Assembly: GCA_030390025.1 (NCBI GenBank)
Contig: CM059425.1
Location: 165,108,001 to 165,172,000 of the forward strand
Reading direction: 5' to 3'
Origin: Squalus acanthias
Lineage: Eukaryota
DNA: 64,000 nucleotides
The notes below the pieces were generated by a model, which ran no database searches, was not told the DNA's origin, and was given only the letters and a program-made list of their open reading frames with translations. The translations under genes and the position numbers were made by a program. Below, one piece after another: positions 48,215 to 61,168 of the stretch. The first letter of the stretch is position 1, and each line of letters begins with the position of its first letter.

Positions 48215-50462
48215 AGGAGAAATATTAAATAAATTAATCAAACTCAAAAACCCCTGGTCTGGACGGATTGCATCTGTGCATTTTAAAAGAATCTAGAGAA
48301 GAGATACAAGAGGCACTATTACACATATTTAATAATTCATTTGAAAAAGTTGTAGTGTCAGCGGACTGGCTGATAGCTAACATTATACCTATATTAAGGG
48401 AGATAGAACATGTCCAGAGAGCTATAGACCAGTCAGCTTAACATCGGTGGTAGGAAAAATAGTGGAATCCCTACTAAAGAAAAAAAATAGAAAAACATCT
48501 AGAAACCAAAAATATAATGAATAGTCAGCATGGATTTCAAAAGGGAAAGTCTCGCTTGACCATCCTTATTGAATTCTTTGAAGAGGTAACAGAGAGAGTA
48601 GACAAGGGTAATGCAGTAGATGTAATTTATCTAGATTTCCAAAAGGCCTTAGATAAGGTGCCACATAATAGACTAATGAATAAGGTCAGAGAATGCGGAG
48701 TCAGGGGACAAGTAGCAAATGGACAGCTAGCTGGCTGGAAGACAGAAAGCAGAGGGTAGGGTTAAAGGATAGCTATACAGAGTGGCAGAAGGTGAAAAGT
48801 GGGGTCCCACAAGGATCAGAGCTGGAACCACTGTTGTTCACAATTTATATTAATGATTTAGACTTTGGAATCCAAAACACAATTTCTAAATTTGCAGATG
48901 CCACCAAATTGGGGCGGGGGGGGGATAGTCAATACTGTGGAGGACTGCAGCAAATTACAAGAAGACATTGTGCAGAATTGGCATCTAATTGGCAAATTAA
49001 TTTCAACACAGATAAGTGTGAGGTATTACATTTTGGTAAGAAAAATAGGGAGGTCACATATTACTTGAAAAATAAGAATCTAAATGGGGTAGAGGAGCAA
49101 AGGGATCTCGGAGTACAAATACACAAATCACTAAAAGTAATGGTGCAGGTTAATAAGGCCATAAAAAAGGCAAACCAAGCACTAAGGTTTATCTCAAGAG
49201 GGATAGAGTTGAAAAGTAGAGAAGTTATGCTAAAGTTGTATTGAACCTTGGTTAGACTACACTTGGAGTTCTATGTATAGTTCTGGTTGCCATACTATAA
49301 AAATGATATAGAGGCACTGGAGAGGGTGCAAAAAAGATTTACATTGGCCCATATTTTCCAATTCCTATGGATGTGTACGAGCTGTGTACACACCCGTAGG
49401 GACCTCGCAAGTGCCAGTTTCAGGCATGCGAAGCGTTTGCGCTGAAAACCAGCATTTCCGATCTGTCAAGAATCCTCTTGACAGATCGCAAGCCTGCCCT
49501 GGAGAAGGGCCTCTGCGGGTGGAGTGATCCGCTTTCTGCAGAACCTCCGCCCGCTGAAATCCTTTAAAAATCTTACACCTGGTAAAAGCAATTGGCAGCA
49601 GGTGGGGCGGAGGCTTCAGCAGCGCTACACACTGGGCCGTGCAGCACTGCCGTGTTAAAAGGCTCCTTCCCTCCCTTAAAGGGAAGGGCTATCGCGGCAA
49701 GCTCTGCAATAGAGAAATGACCTACGTACCAAGGCAGCCGCAATCCAGCGCGATCAACCTGGCCCTCAAACAGAGTGCCGGGCTGATCGATTGCGGGCAG
49801 GAACCCGCGAGAAAAAGCAGAACAACAAAGGTAAGTTTTTTTTTTACTTACTTTGGCCACCTCGCCTTTAATCATCGCCCCCGAAGCGGCCGGCCGACCA
49901 ATACACGGCTCCTGCAGCTGTCGGTGTTTTCGCCCGGCGCTGCTGCAGGGGGCGGAAGTCAATTTTGGGTCCGGGGTGATGCACACGCTGTAGCGTCGCC
50001 GCAAAACGCCTGCCGAATATGGCCGGAGTCGATGTCAGCGCCGCGCCCGGTCGCAAAACCATTTGCGCCCCATTAGCACCCCACGGGGACGCTACCGGGA
50101 GGCACAAAGGCACCCAATTTTGCCCCCAGAGTATTTCCACTAGAGGGGAAGAGCAAAACTAGAGGCCATCAATATAAGATAATCACCAAGAAATCAAATA
50201 GGGAATTCAGAAGAAACTTCTTTACCCAGAGAGTGGTGAGAATGAGGAACTCTCTACCACAGGGAATGGTTGAGGTGGATAGTATAGATGCATTTAAGGA
50301 GAGGCTAGACAAGCATATGAGGGAGAAGGGAATAGAGGGTTATGCTGATAGATTTAGATGAGGGAGAATGGGAGGAGGCTCGAGTAGAGCATAAACGCCG
50401 ACATGGACTGTTTGGGCCAAATGGCCTGTTTCTGTGCTTTATATTCTATGTAATTCTATGTA
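48215..50462 (+). mobile_element. Older CR1 RT and 3' UTR, interrupted at 49346-50127
   Basis: SQHGFQKGKS, YLDFQKALDKVPH, GVPQGS, KFADATKL; ATTCTATGTA tail. Confidence 0.93.
49346..50127. mobile_element. Chimeric MITE: different-family left end fused to an inverted family-B MITE
   Basis: ~49590-50127 is the reverse complement of 5383-5950; 49346-49590 starts GGCCCATATTTT; flanks ATT and AGA are not a TSD. Confidence 0.75.
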
Positions 50463-51608
50463 ATAGTGACAACTGCCTCATGGTATGTTTTTAAAAAATT
50501 GTTCTAACTTATAAATATCTTGTTTTAAAATTAGTCATGGGGTGTATTTGTCAGATGAATACATGAGGATAAGGCAATTGTGGGATCTTATTGTAAGGAG
50601 TATTTCTTCAGTGTTGAACCTTGTAAACAGCACTGCAAAACAACATAGCTTAAGAACAGGGCAAGCATTTAATACTTTATTTTGCTGCACAAACAAATCT
50701 CTTTTGCAAAACTAATCTAATTATGTAATTTAAAAGGACATTTTAAAATTCCTCCATTGTGTAAAAACAAGAAAAGAAACTTCCACTATACCTCAAATAA
50801 TGCCCTGAAAATTGAGGTTAATAACAATCTGCCTGTTCATAATTTAAAAATATTGGTGTTCTTAAAATGTTTATAGTATAAATTTAAGTTAAAAGGTTAA
50901 ACAACTTCAATGGCATGTGTGATAATTACACAGTTAAACTCATTCCAGACTAAGTGATAAAAGATCAGCTACCCAACCACTGAGGTCACTGGATGATGGC
51001 CCAGAATTGTAAACTTTTTACAAGTCTTGATAATGAGCACAAGATCAAAATCTCTGCATTATCCTTCCCCGCTCAAGAGATGAAATCATAGCACTCTCAA
51101 ATGTTTTATGCATTTCAGTAGTTAGTTTTTATATTTTCATTTATATGGCCTGTATTCTTTAACATCTGTAAAGATAATTTATCTCAAAACTATATGGGAG
51201 ATGATTTCAAATGCATTCATTTCCTAATGCACATACCTTTCCTAAAGTAGCCTGCGTTTTAGAGCTTAAACCAAGGACCTAATTCAAAAGTGGCATTCGA
51301 GTAGCTTAGCATCATACCATCAACAACATCTTGAAGGGAACTATTAGCTGTGAACAACTTAGCTTACTGTTACGTGTAAGATGCTTATCAAAGTTAATCT
51401 AAAATTGCAAATCTTCCAGCAACTGTTATAAATAGGACAAAGATGGCCCATATATTGATTAAGACTACCTAATAAGTAATACAAACACAAGAAGAATGAT
51501 CAACACTCTGGGAACTCTATGAGAGAGTAGCTGCTGAAAGGATAAGGAATGATAAAAAGAAATCTGTATCCTGAATTAAAGTAACTTTACCAAAAATTAA
51601 CAGACAAG

Positions 51609-51905
51609 GGCCTAGAAATTGGGGAATGCTGGAAACCTGCCTGTAACATTGGTGGGCAAGGATAACGGCCGTCGGCCAAGAGAGCACAGGCAGTACCGGC
51701 ATTTTTGTACTGCCTGCTCATTAACATCGGCGTGGCAGTGATTTTTCTAGTGCCACGCGCTCTTTGCAGCGCTAACCTCAGAAGGAGGCCAAAGGTCGCC
51801 TCTGTCTCCCGCTTGCGGTGTAGCAGAACTAGGAAGAAAGGAGCGACCTGAACAGTTGCCTTACGTGCTCCAAAAATATTAGCTGCCACCCGACGTTTGT
51901 TGATT
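51609..51905. mobile_element. Harbinger left-end fragment
   Basis: Starts GGCCTAGAAATT and resembles 9164-9370. Confidence 0.7.
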
Positions 51906-52010
51906 TTTTATTTGTTTATGACATGAATGCAGATAAAAGAGATCTTATCCCAGATCATCTTCAGTCGTTGCAATGGAGTTCACCCATTGATTGATTGGTG
52001 AAAACATATG

Positions 52011-52889
52011 GGGGGAAAAATCCGGTTGCTTTGCGCCTCCTGTTAGTGCCATAAGAGGGCGCTAATGGGGCGCAAAGCAACTAGCGCCTGGGCGCGGCGA
52101 TGTTTGCGCCACTCGCGAAATTGGCCAGACATTTTGCGGCGGCGCTAAACACTATTGCCACGATCTCCTGCGCCCGCAGATCGTGACGTCAGTCGAGCGT
52201 GCAATGCCCCGGTAGCGTCCCAGACCGGATATTGATTGGCGCCCCCTGCCTTATTGCCTGCCGCTAGCAACAACAGGTTGAGGGGAGCATTTTGCAGTTG
52301 GGAAGGGACTGGGGGAGCACTATTTAAAGGCGACTGCTTCCTGCCTTTTTTTGTCGGTGACATTTTTGCACCACGCATTCTGAGAGAGAGAGAGAGACTT
52401 TTGGAGAGATTCAACACTGTGTGAAGGAGTTTTGGGTACTGAGCAGCAATTTGCAGTTTTATTTTGATTTGACCTTTCTTGCATCGATTTAGAAGAGACT
52501 GCGGGGGCTGCACTCTGAGCTCTTTCCCTGGGACTCTCCCTTATTCTTTCCAGCAGATTTGATGTACAGGTCTCTCCAGGCCGAGATTCAAGGCTGCAAT
52601 GAGCAGGATGTGGATGGAGAGCAAGATCGACCTTCCCCTTTAAGAACTGGCTGGCGCCATTGTGTCTGTGTTCCATTGCTGACTGCCATCACATGAGCTT
52701 CGCCAGCGCTCTGAGGTAGCGCCTCGCTCCTCAGCGTTAGCGCCTTAAGAGAGGTGTGTAGCGCCTGATTTAGTGCTCCAATCACCTCCAGGGGCGATAG
52801 AAGCCAAGTTTGCAGTTGGAGGTGATAATTAGCGCCAGGCGCTAAACTTTGCGCCCGGCCCAAACGGGGCGATACCGAATTTCTCCCCC
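52011..52889. mobile_element. Harbinger-type MITE, family A, TSD ATG
   Basis: TIRs GGGGGAAAAATCCGGT / ACCGAATTTCTCCCCC; full-length inverted homolog at 56433-57299. Confidence 0.92.
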
Positions 52890-53404
52890 ATGGTCTATTC
52901 GCATTGTATAATTCATGAAGGCTCAATAATTACATGAAATTATTCTTAGATAATACATGTCCTGGAACATATAATGCTGGCTCATTACATACATTTCTCC
53001 ATATAATAAACGAGTAACTGTTGTGTTGCAAAGACCGAGAGGTGCGTGACTGCAAATGTAGTTCCCAACAGAGAATCCTGTGGTGTCTGCTCATTTATCA
53101 AAGGGTTTATGAAAAATACTTGTATAAGTATCTAATCTGGGAACTGGTCCGAGAGTCTCATCATTAGGTTTAGTTATTCTTCTGTGCCTAAAGGGGCCCG
53201 TTGATTATCTGGACCTATCCATTTGAAATCCAACTGAGTCTTGTCATATAATACAGTCTAAATCCACCATCACAGGTTGCGAATGTATTTCGATCAGGTT
53301 TGGTTTTCAGTTTAGGCAGAGGGAATTATCCTGTTGACCTGTATCAATAAATGGAATAACATTTAATTACCAACAGCTGCATCAACGGAAGTTGATGTGA
53401 ATTT

Positions 53405-53790
53405 CACTGTGAGTGTTGTTTTTTGCGGACGTTGAACAACTGATGTTTAGGTTCAGCTGTTGAGTCGAGTATTGATAGGAAATGAGTGTGTTTTTGTTGA
53501 TGGGTGAAATTATTTACTGATCCACAAACACTGTAGGCCTCTTGCTCCCAGTCATAGGTGCTCTTCCCCCTTATCATCCCCCCTTGGCCTGCAGCATGAC
53601 AGGCTTTCTGGCAGGCCTGCCAATGCACCAAGCATTTCAGTGTGCATACCCATCAGCCTTCTTCTGTAGGCCGCCCCATCATAGTCCTCATCTGAGTCCT
53701 CTGCTGCAGAACTCGTGTGCGTCTTCGCCTCCAGGGAGCTGGCACCTGTCCCCTGCCCTGGCTGCAGGCCACTCGTGCCTGGTGTCTCAC
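53405..53790 (-). mobile_element. Probable Harbinger Myb-gene C-terminal/intergenic fragment
   Basis: Composition and low-complexity translation resemble the Harbinger tails at 10440-10680 and 54540-54850; no diagnostic domain. Confidence 0.4.
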
Positions 53791-54112
53791 CATAGAATCA
53801 TAAAAATTTACAGCACAGAATGAGGCCATTCGGCCCATCGTGTCTGTGCTGGCCGAAAAAGAGCTATCCAGCCTTATCCCACTTTCCAACTCTTGGTCCA
53901 TAGCCTTGTAGGTTACGGCACTTCAAGTGCACATCCAAATACTTTTTAAATGCGATGAGGGTTTCTGCCACTACCACCCTTTCAGGCAGTGAGTTCCAGA
54001 CCCTCACCACCTTCTGGGTGAAAAACATTCACCTCCACTCCCCGCTAATCCTTCTACCAATTATTTTAAATCTATACCCCCTGGTTATTGACCTCTCTGC
54101 TAAGGGAAATAG
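53791..54112 (-). mobile_element. CR1 3' end
   Basis: CATAGAATCATA tail; LFPLAERSITRGYRFKIIG. Confidence 0.9.
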
Positions 54113-55602
54113 GACTATCTTTCCAGGCTGGAAATGATGGACAACTCCCAGAGAGACCGTGTCGACCCAGACGTGATGCTGGGTGTGATGGACGATGTCG
54201 CAGCTTCCATTGCAGCACAGGCGGAAGCGACCCAATGCCTTAGTGCTGCAGCGGAGACTGCTGACCTGCAATCTCAGCTTGCTGCCACCCAAACTCAGAC
54301 TGCTGCCACCGTGGCTGGGTTTACCACTGTCGACCGGGCCTTGCAGGGTGTCGCAGCAGCCCATCAATCTGTGCTCCAACAGATGGCTAGGAATGCTGAG
54401 GTCTCACTCCGGGGGAGTGGCAGTGGGTCAGTGGAGCAGGAACCTGCTGTCCTCTCTGAGGATGACAGCATTCCTGTTCCCACCACTGCCACTCCGCCAT
54501 TGCCCTTGCCGCTGCCTGTCACCCAGCCAGCCCAGACTGCTGCCGCCCATACCGAGGTGGTGCATTCTAGGTCCAGAGCTGCTCGAGGTCATGCTACAAG
54601 GCCATCTGCAGTCTCCCCCATGGAAACTCAGCAGCTTTCCACCAGTCATGCTGCAGCCACTGGGGGTGCACCGTAGGAGCACTAGATCTTGAAAGGGCAC
54701 CCGAATGACAGGCACTAAGGGATTGCACAAGGGTGATTAGTTGATATCGTATGTGTAAATTGATTGTTGATAAATTTAATAATATTGTTTGGAATCTTTT
54801 GTGCTGGATCTCATTTCATCTTTGTGCCCAGGAGGACACTGTGATATTCCGTGACAGTGGGATGGTATGATGGGGATGTGGTGAGCAACGGGGATCTGGG
54901 ATTTCATTCATTGGAATCTGATGAGGCGTTCACAGACAGCCCGTCCGGAAGGGAGATTGGCTGCCTGACTCCTCCCTTCCTCCTCGTCCTCTTCCTCTTA
55001 CTCTATCTCTTGCTCATCTTCCTCTTCCTCCTCCTTCTCCTCCTCGTCTCCCTCATCCTCCTCCTGAGGTGGTCCCGCAATCACTGGTGGCAAGGGCTGC
55101 ACCCTCATGATGGACAAGTTGTGGAGGTTGCAGCAGACCAAATGGGACACCCGCTCCGGCGAGTACTGGAGGGCTCCTCCCGAGTGGTCAAGGCAGCGGA
55201 ACCGTTGCTTCAGTAGCCCAATGGTTTGCTCGATGATGTTCCTGGTGGAAGTGTGGCTCTCATTATATGAGTGCTGGGCACGAGTGCTGGGGTTGCAGAA
55301 GATAGTCATGAGCCTGCTGCAGAGCGGCCACCCTTGTGTTTGATGTGGGGTCTGGAAGATTGTTGGCACACCAGACTGACGCAGGATAAAGGCATCATGG
55401 CTGCTGCCAGGATAGCCAGCATTGACCATCAGGAATCACTGGACGTGGTCACACAACAACTGCACGTTAAATGAGTCGTACCCTTTGCGGTTAATTTTTT
55501 ATTTGTTCACAGGATGTGAGCATCGCTGGCAAGGCCAGCATTTATTGCCCATCCCTAATTGCCCTTGAGAAGGTGGTGGTGAACCACTGCAATCCTTGTG
55601 TA

Positions 55603-58288
55603 CATAAGAACATAAGAACATAAGAAGTAGGAGCAGGAGTTGGCCACATGGCCCCTCGGGCCTGCTCCGCCATTCAATAGGATCATGGCTGATCCGAACC
55701 TAGACTCACGTCCACTTCCCTGCCCGCTCCCCATAACCCTTAATTCCCTTATCAGCTAGGAAACTGTCTATCTCCGTTTTAAATTTATTTAATGTTGCAG
55801 CTTCCACAGCTCTCTGAGGTAGCAAATTCCATAGATTTACTACCCTCTGAGTGAAGAAGTTTCTCCTCATCTCAGTTTTGAAACGGCAGCCCCTTATTCT
55901 AAGATTATGCCCCCTAGTTCGAGTCTCACCCATCAGTGGAAACATCCTCCCTGCCTCCACCCGATCAAGCCCCCTTACAATCTTATATGTTTCAATAAGA
56001 TCGCCTCTCATTCTTCTGAATTCCAATGAGTAGAGGCCCAACCTACTCAACCTTTCCTCATAAGTCAACCCCCTCATCTCCGAATCAACCAAGTGAACCT
56101 TCTCTGAACTGCCTCGAGAGCAAGTATATCTTTTCTTAAATATGGAAACCAAAACTGTACGCAGTATTCCAGGTGTGGCCTCACCAGTACCTTGTATAAC
56201 TGAAGCAAGACTTCCCTACTTTTATACCCCATCCCCCTTGCAATAAAAGCCAAGATTCCATTGGCCTTCCTGATCACCTGCTGTACCTGCATACTAACCT
56301 TCTGTGTTTCATGCACCAGGACCCCCAGATCCCTTTGTACTGTAGCACTTTGCAGTTTCTTTCCATTTAGATAATAACTTGCTCTTTGATTTTTTCTGCC
56401 AAAGTGCATAACCTCACACTTTCCAACATTATGGGGGAAAAATTCAGTCGCGCCCCGTTTGGGGCGCAAATATCGTCCGGGCGCAAAAATTAGCGCCTGG
56501 CGCTAATTATCGCCACCGACTGCAAACTTGACTTTTATCGCCCCTGGAGGTGATTGCAGCGCTAAATCAGGCGCTTCACACCTGTCTTAAGGCGCAAAGG
56601 CCGAGGAGCGAGGCGCTACCTCAGAGCGCTGGCGAAGCTCATGTAATGTCAGTCAGCAATGGAACACACACACAATGGCACGGGCCAGTTCTTAAAGGGG
56701 ATGGTTAATCTTGCTTTCCATCCACATCCTGCTCATTGCAGCCTTGAATCTCGGCCTGGAGAGACCTGCACATCAAATGTGCTGGAAAGAACAATGGAGA
56801 GTACCAGGCAAAGAGCTCAGAGTGCAGCCCCCACAGTCTCTGCTAAATCGATACAAGGAATGGCAAATCAAAATGAACCTGCAAAGTGCTGCTCAGTACC
56901 CAAAACTCCTTCACACAACGTTGAATCTCTCCAGAAGTCTCTCCCTCTCTCTCTCAGAATGCGTAGTTCAAAAATGGCACCAACAATAAAAGGCAGGAAG
57001 CGGTCACCTTTAAATAGCGCTCCCCCTTTCCCTTCATGACTGCAGAACGCTCCCCTCAACCTGTCGTTGCTAGCGTCAGGCGGTAAGGCAGGGGGCGCCA
57101 CTCAATATCCGCTCCGGGGCGATACCGCACTCGAGTGACGTCATGATCTGCGGCGATAAAGTTTAGCGCCGCCGCAAAATGTCTAGTTAAGTTCGCGAGC
57201 GGCGCAAACATCGCTGCGCCCGGGCGCTAGCTGCTTTGCGCCCCATTAGCGCCCTCTTAAGGCGCTAACGGGAGGCGCAACCAATTGAATTTTTCCCCCT
57301 ATATTCCATCTGCCAAATTTCCGCCCACTCACTTAGCCTGTCTATGTCCTTTTGCAGGTTTTTTATGTCCTCCTCACTCACTGCTTTTCCTCCCATCTTT
57401 GTATCGTCAGTAAACTTGGATACGTTGCACTTGGTCCCCTCCTCCAAATCGTTAATATAGATTGTAAAGAGTTGGGGTCCCAGCACTGACCCTTGCGGAA
57501 CACCACTAGTTACTGATTGCCAACCTGAGAATGAACCATTTATCCCAACTCTCTGTTTTCTGTTAGATAGCCAATCTTTCACCCATGCCAGTATATTACC
57601 CCTAATCCCATGATTTTTTATCTTGTGCAGTAATCTTTTGTGTGGCACCTTATCAAATGTCTTTTGGAAGTCCAAATACACCACATCCACTGGTTCCCCT
57701 TTATCCACCCTGTTTGTTGCATCCTCAAAGAATTCGAGCAAATTTGTCAAGCATGATTTCCCCTTCATAAAACCATGCTGACTCTGTCCGATTAAATTAT
57801 GCTTATCCTGTTACTGCATCCTTAATAATGGACTCCAACATTTTACCAACCACAGATGTTAGGCTAACTGGTCTATAGTTTCCAGCCTTTTGTCTACCTC
57901 CCTTTTTAAATAAGGGTGTTACATTAGCAGTTTTCCAATCTGCTGGGACCTTTCCCGAATCCAGGGAGTTTTGGAAAATTACCACCAATGCATCCGCAAT
58001 CCCTACCGCTGCTTCTCTCAAGACCCTAGGATGTAAGCCATCAGGTCCAGGGGATTTATCTGCCTTAAGTCCCATTATCTTACAGAGTACCATCTCCTTA
58101 GTGATTTTAATCGTGTTTAGCTCCCCCCCCCACTATAGCCCCCTGTTTGTCCAGTGTTGGGATATTTTTAGTATCCTCTACTGTAAAGACTGTTACAAAA
58201 TATTTGTTCAGCGTATTTGCCATCTCCGTGTTCCCCACTACTAATTTCCCGGTCTTGTCCTCTAAGGGACCAACATTCACTTTACTCC
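55603..58288 (-). mobile_element. CR1 RT and 3' UTR with (TTCTTATG)n tail, interrupted by a MITE
   Basis: KSPGPDGLHPRVL, YLDFQKTFDKVPH, KFTDDTK, FFTQRVVNLWN; probable TSD TACA. Confidence 0.95.
56433..57299. mobile_element. Harbinger-type MITE, family A, TSD TAT
   Basis: Perfect GGGGGAAAAATTCA TIRs; removal restores CR1 WQMEY|NVGKCEV. Confidence 0.93.
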
Positions 58289-58417
58289 TACAGTGCTGAA
58301 TTTGTTGTTGCAGTTTGGTACAACTGAGTGGCTTGCTAGTCCATTTCAGAGGGCAGTTAAGAGTCAACCACAATGCTGTGGGTCTGGAGTCACATATAGG
58401 CCAGACTGGGTAAGGAC

Positions 58418-60081
58418 AACAACAACAACTTGTATTTATATAGCACCTTTAACATAGTAAAATGTCCCAAGGTGCTGCACAGGAGTATTTTAAGACAAAA
58501 AATTTGACACCGATCCACATAAGGATAAATTAGGGCAGGTGACCAAAAGCTTGGTCAAAGAGGTAGGTTTTAAGGAGCGTCTTAAAGGAGGAAAGAGAGG
58601 TAGCGAGGCGGACAGGTTTAGGGGGGAATTCCAGAGCTTAGGGCCTCAGCAACAGAAGGCACGGCCACCAAAGGTTGAGCGATTATAATCAGGGATGCTC
58701 AAGAGGGCAGAATTAGAGGAGCGCAGATATCTCGGGGGGGTTGTGGCGCTGAAGGAGATTACAGAGATAGGGAGGGGCGAGGCCATGGTGGGATTTGAAA
58801 ACAAGGATGAGAATTTTGAAATCGAGGTGTTGCTTAACTGGGAGCCAATGTAGGTCAGCGAGCACAGGGGTGATGGGCATACGGGACTTGGTGCGAGTTA
58901 GGACATGGACAGCCGAGTTTTGGATAACCTAAAGTTTACGTAGGGTGGAATGTGGCAGGCCAGTCAGGATTGCGTTGGAATAGTCAAGTTTAGAGGTAAC
59001 AAAGGTATGGATGAGGGTTTCAGCAGCGGATGAGCTGAGGCAAGGGCGGAGACGGGCGATGTTACGGAGGTGGAAGTAGGCGGTCTTTGTTATGCTGCGG
59101 ATATGTGGTCGGAAGCTCATTTCAGGGTCAAGTATGACACTATGGTTGCGAACAGTGTGGTTCAGCCTCAAATAGATGTTAGGGAGAGGGATGGAGTCAG
59201 TGGCTAGGCAACGGAGTTTGTGGTGGGGACCGAAACAATGGCTTCGGTCTTCCCAATGTTTGCTCATCCAGAACTGTGTGTTCGAATAGCAGTCTGACAA
59301 TTTAGGCACCGTAGAGGAGTCGAGAGAAGAAGTAGTGAGGTAGAGCTGGGTGTCGTCAGCGTACATGTGGAAACTGACGCTGTGTTTTTGGATGATGTCG
59401 CCAAGGGACAACATGTAGATGAGAAATAGGAGGGGGCCAAGGATAGATCCTTGGGGGACACCAGAGGTAATGATACGGGAAGAGAAGCCGTTGCAGGTGA
59501 TTCTCTGGTTACGATTAGATAGATAAGAATGGAACCAGGTGAGGGCAGCCCCACCCAGCTGGACGATGGTGGAGAGGCGTTGGAGAAGGATGGAGTGGTC
59601 AACCGTGTCAAAGGCTGCAGACAAATCAAGAGGACGAGGAGGGATAGTTTACCTTTGTCACAGTCACAAAGGGTGTCATTTGTGACTTTGATGAGAGCTG
59701 TTTCGGTACTTTGGCAGGGGTGGAAACCTGATTGGAGGGATTCAAACATGGAATAGCGGGAAAGATGGGCACGGATTTGGCAGGTGCCAACACGTTCAAG
59801 GACTTTGGAGAGGAAAGGGAGGTTGGAGATGGGGCGGTAGTTTGCAAGGACGGAGGGATCAAGGTTTGATTTTTTGAGGAAAGGGGTGATGACAGCAGAT
59901 TTGAGGGAGAGGGGGACAGTACCTGAGGAGAGAGAACCGTAACAATATCAGCTAACATGGGAGCCAGAAAAGGAAGTTGGGTAGTCAGCAGTTTGGTGGG
60001 AATAGGGTCGAGGAAGCAGGAGGTAGGTCTCATAGACAAGATGAGCGCAGATAGGTCATGAGGGGAGTTTGGAGAGAAACT
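58418..60081 (-). mobile_element. L2 LINE RT and 3' end, TSD GGAC
   Basis: [41 protein letters not shown]; (TTG)n tail. Confidence 0.95.
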
Positions 60082-60785
60082 GGACGGCAGATTTCCTTCC
60101 CTAAAGGACATTAGTGAATCAGTTGGGTTTTACGACAACCCGGTAGTTTCATGGTCACCATTACTGATACTAGCATTTTAATTCCAGATTTATTTAATTA
60201 ACTGAATATAAATTCCCTAGCTGCCGTGGTGGGTTTGAACTCACGTCTCTGGATTATTAGTCCAGGCCTCTGGATTACTAGTCCAGTAACATAACCACAA
60301 TGCTACCGTACCATGGGTTATAGAAGATCTCAGGATTGTTATGTGGCGCCCGCAAAGTCACGTGTGTGCAGTCGATGGCGCCCTGCACCATGAGGAAGCC
60401 CTCTATCCTGGCAAAGCTACATGGGGCGCTCGTCCTCCTTCTCTCTGCTCAAAAAGTAGTCTCTTCTGGTGTAGAGAGCCTCTCTGACCTCCCGGATGCA
60501 GCGATGGACGGCGAACTGTGAGATGTTAGCTATGTCTCCTGCTGCAGAATGGAAGGATCTACTGGCGAAGAAATTAGGGGCTACGGTGAACTTGACTGCT
60601 ACTTGGAGAGCCGTGGTCGCCCTGCTCTTAGGCTGCAGGTCTGGTTGCAGGAGGTGGCAAAATTCTGGGACCACCTCCTTGGTGAAGCGGATTCTCCTAA
60701 TAGACTGCTCCTTGCTTAAGTGGATAGAAGAGAATAGCTCTCTAAAGACCCTAGGCGAGTAACGCCTCCTGTTGAGAGCTCTCCT

Positions 60786-61168
60786 AGTCTAGGCTGACAC
60801 TCCAGTGCAGTGCTGAGGGAGTGCTGCACTGTTAGAGTGCCGTCTTTCGGATGAGACGTTAAACTGAGGCCCCATCTGCTCTCTCAGGTGGACGTAAAAG
60901 ATCCCATGACACTATCACGAAGAAGAGCAGGGGAGTTATCCAAGGTGTCCTGGCCAATATTTATCCCTCAAACAACATTAAAAAACCCCAGATTATCTGG
61001 TCATTATCACATTGCTGTTTGTGGGACCTTGCTGTGCGCAAATTGACTACTGTGTTTCCCACATTACAACAGTGACTACACTTCAAAAGTACTTCATTGG
61101 CTCTAAAGCGCTTTGAGATGTCCGGTGGTCATGAAAGGCGCTATATAAATCCAAGTCTTTCTTTTCTT
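60786..61168 (+). mobile_element. 5'-truncated Deu-type SINE with L2-type tail, TSD TCTCCT
   Basis: Homologous to 416-845; ends GGCGCTATATAAATCCAAG(TCTT)n. Confidence 0.85.

Larger units (their letters stand above)
55494..60315 (-). mobile_element. tRNA-derived SINE with LINE-family-2 tail, in three pieces (60082-60315, 58289-58417, 55494-55602); TSD GGTTA
   Basis: Head GGTAGCATTGTGGTTA...GAGTTCAAACCC (A and B boxes); tail closely similar to the 3' end of LINE family 2. Confidence 0.8.

Noticed and set aside
50900..51605. Possible endogenous negative-strand RNA virus polymerase fragment (G*WPRI and TRRMI-like words)
   Set aside because: Stop density is about what random AT-rich DNA gives and no catalytic motif lines up in one frame.
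54134..54676. 180-aa Ala/Gln/Pro-rich ORF as a host gene
   Set aside because: Its position convergent to the transposase identifies it as the C-terminal part of the Harbinger Myb-like gene.
60220..60310. tRNA gene (also 775-845)
   Set aside because: A and B boxes are present but there is no full cloverleaf, and both continue into SINE bodies.
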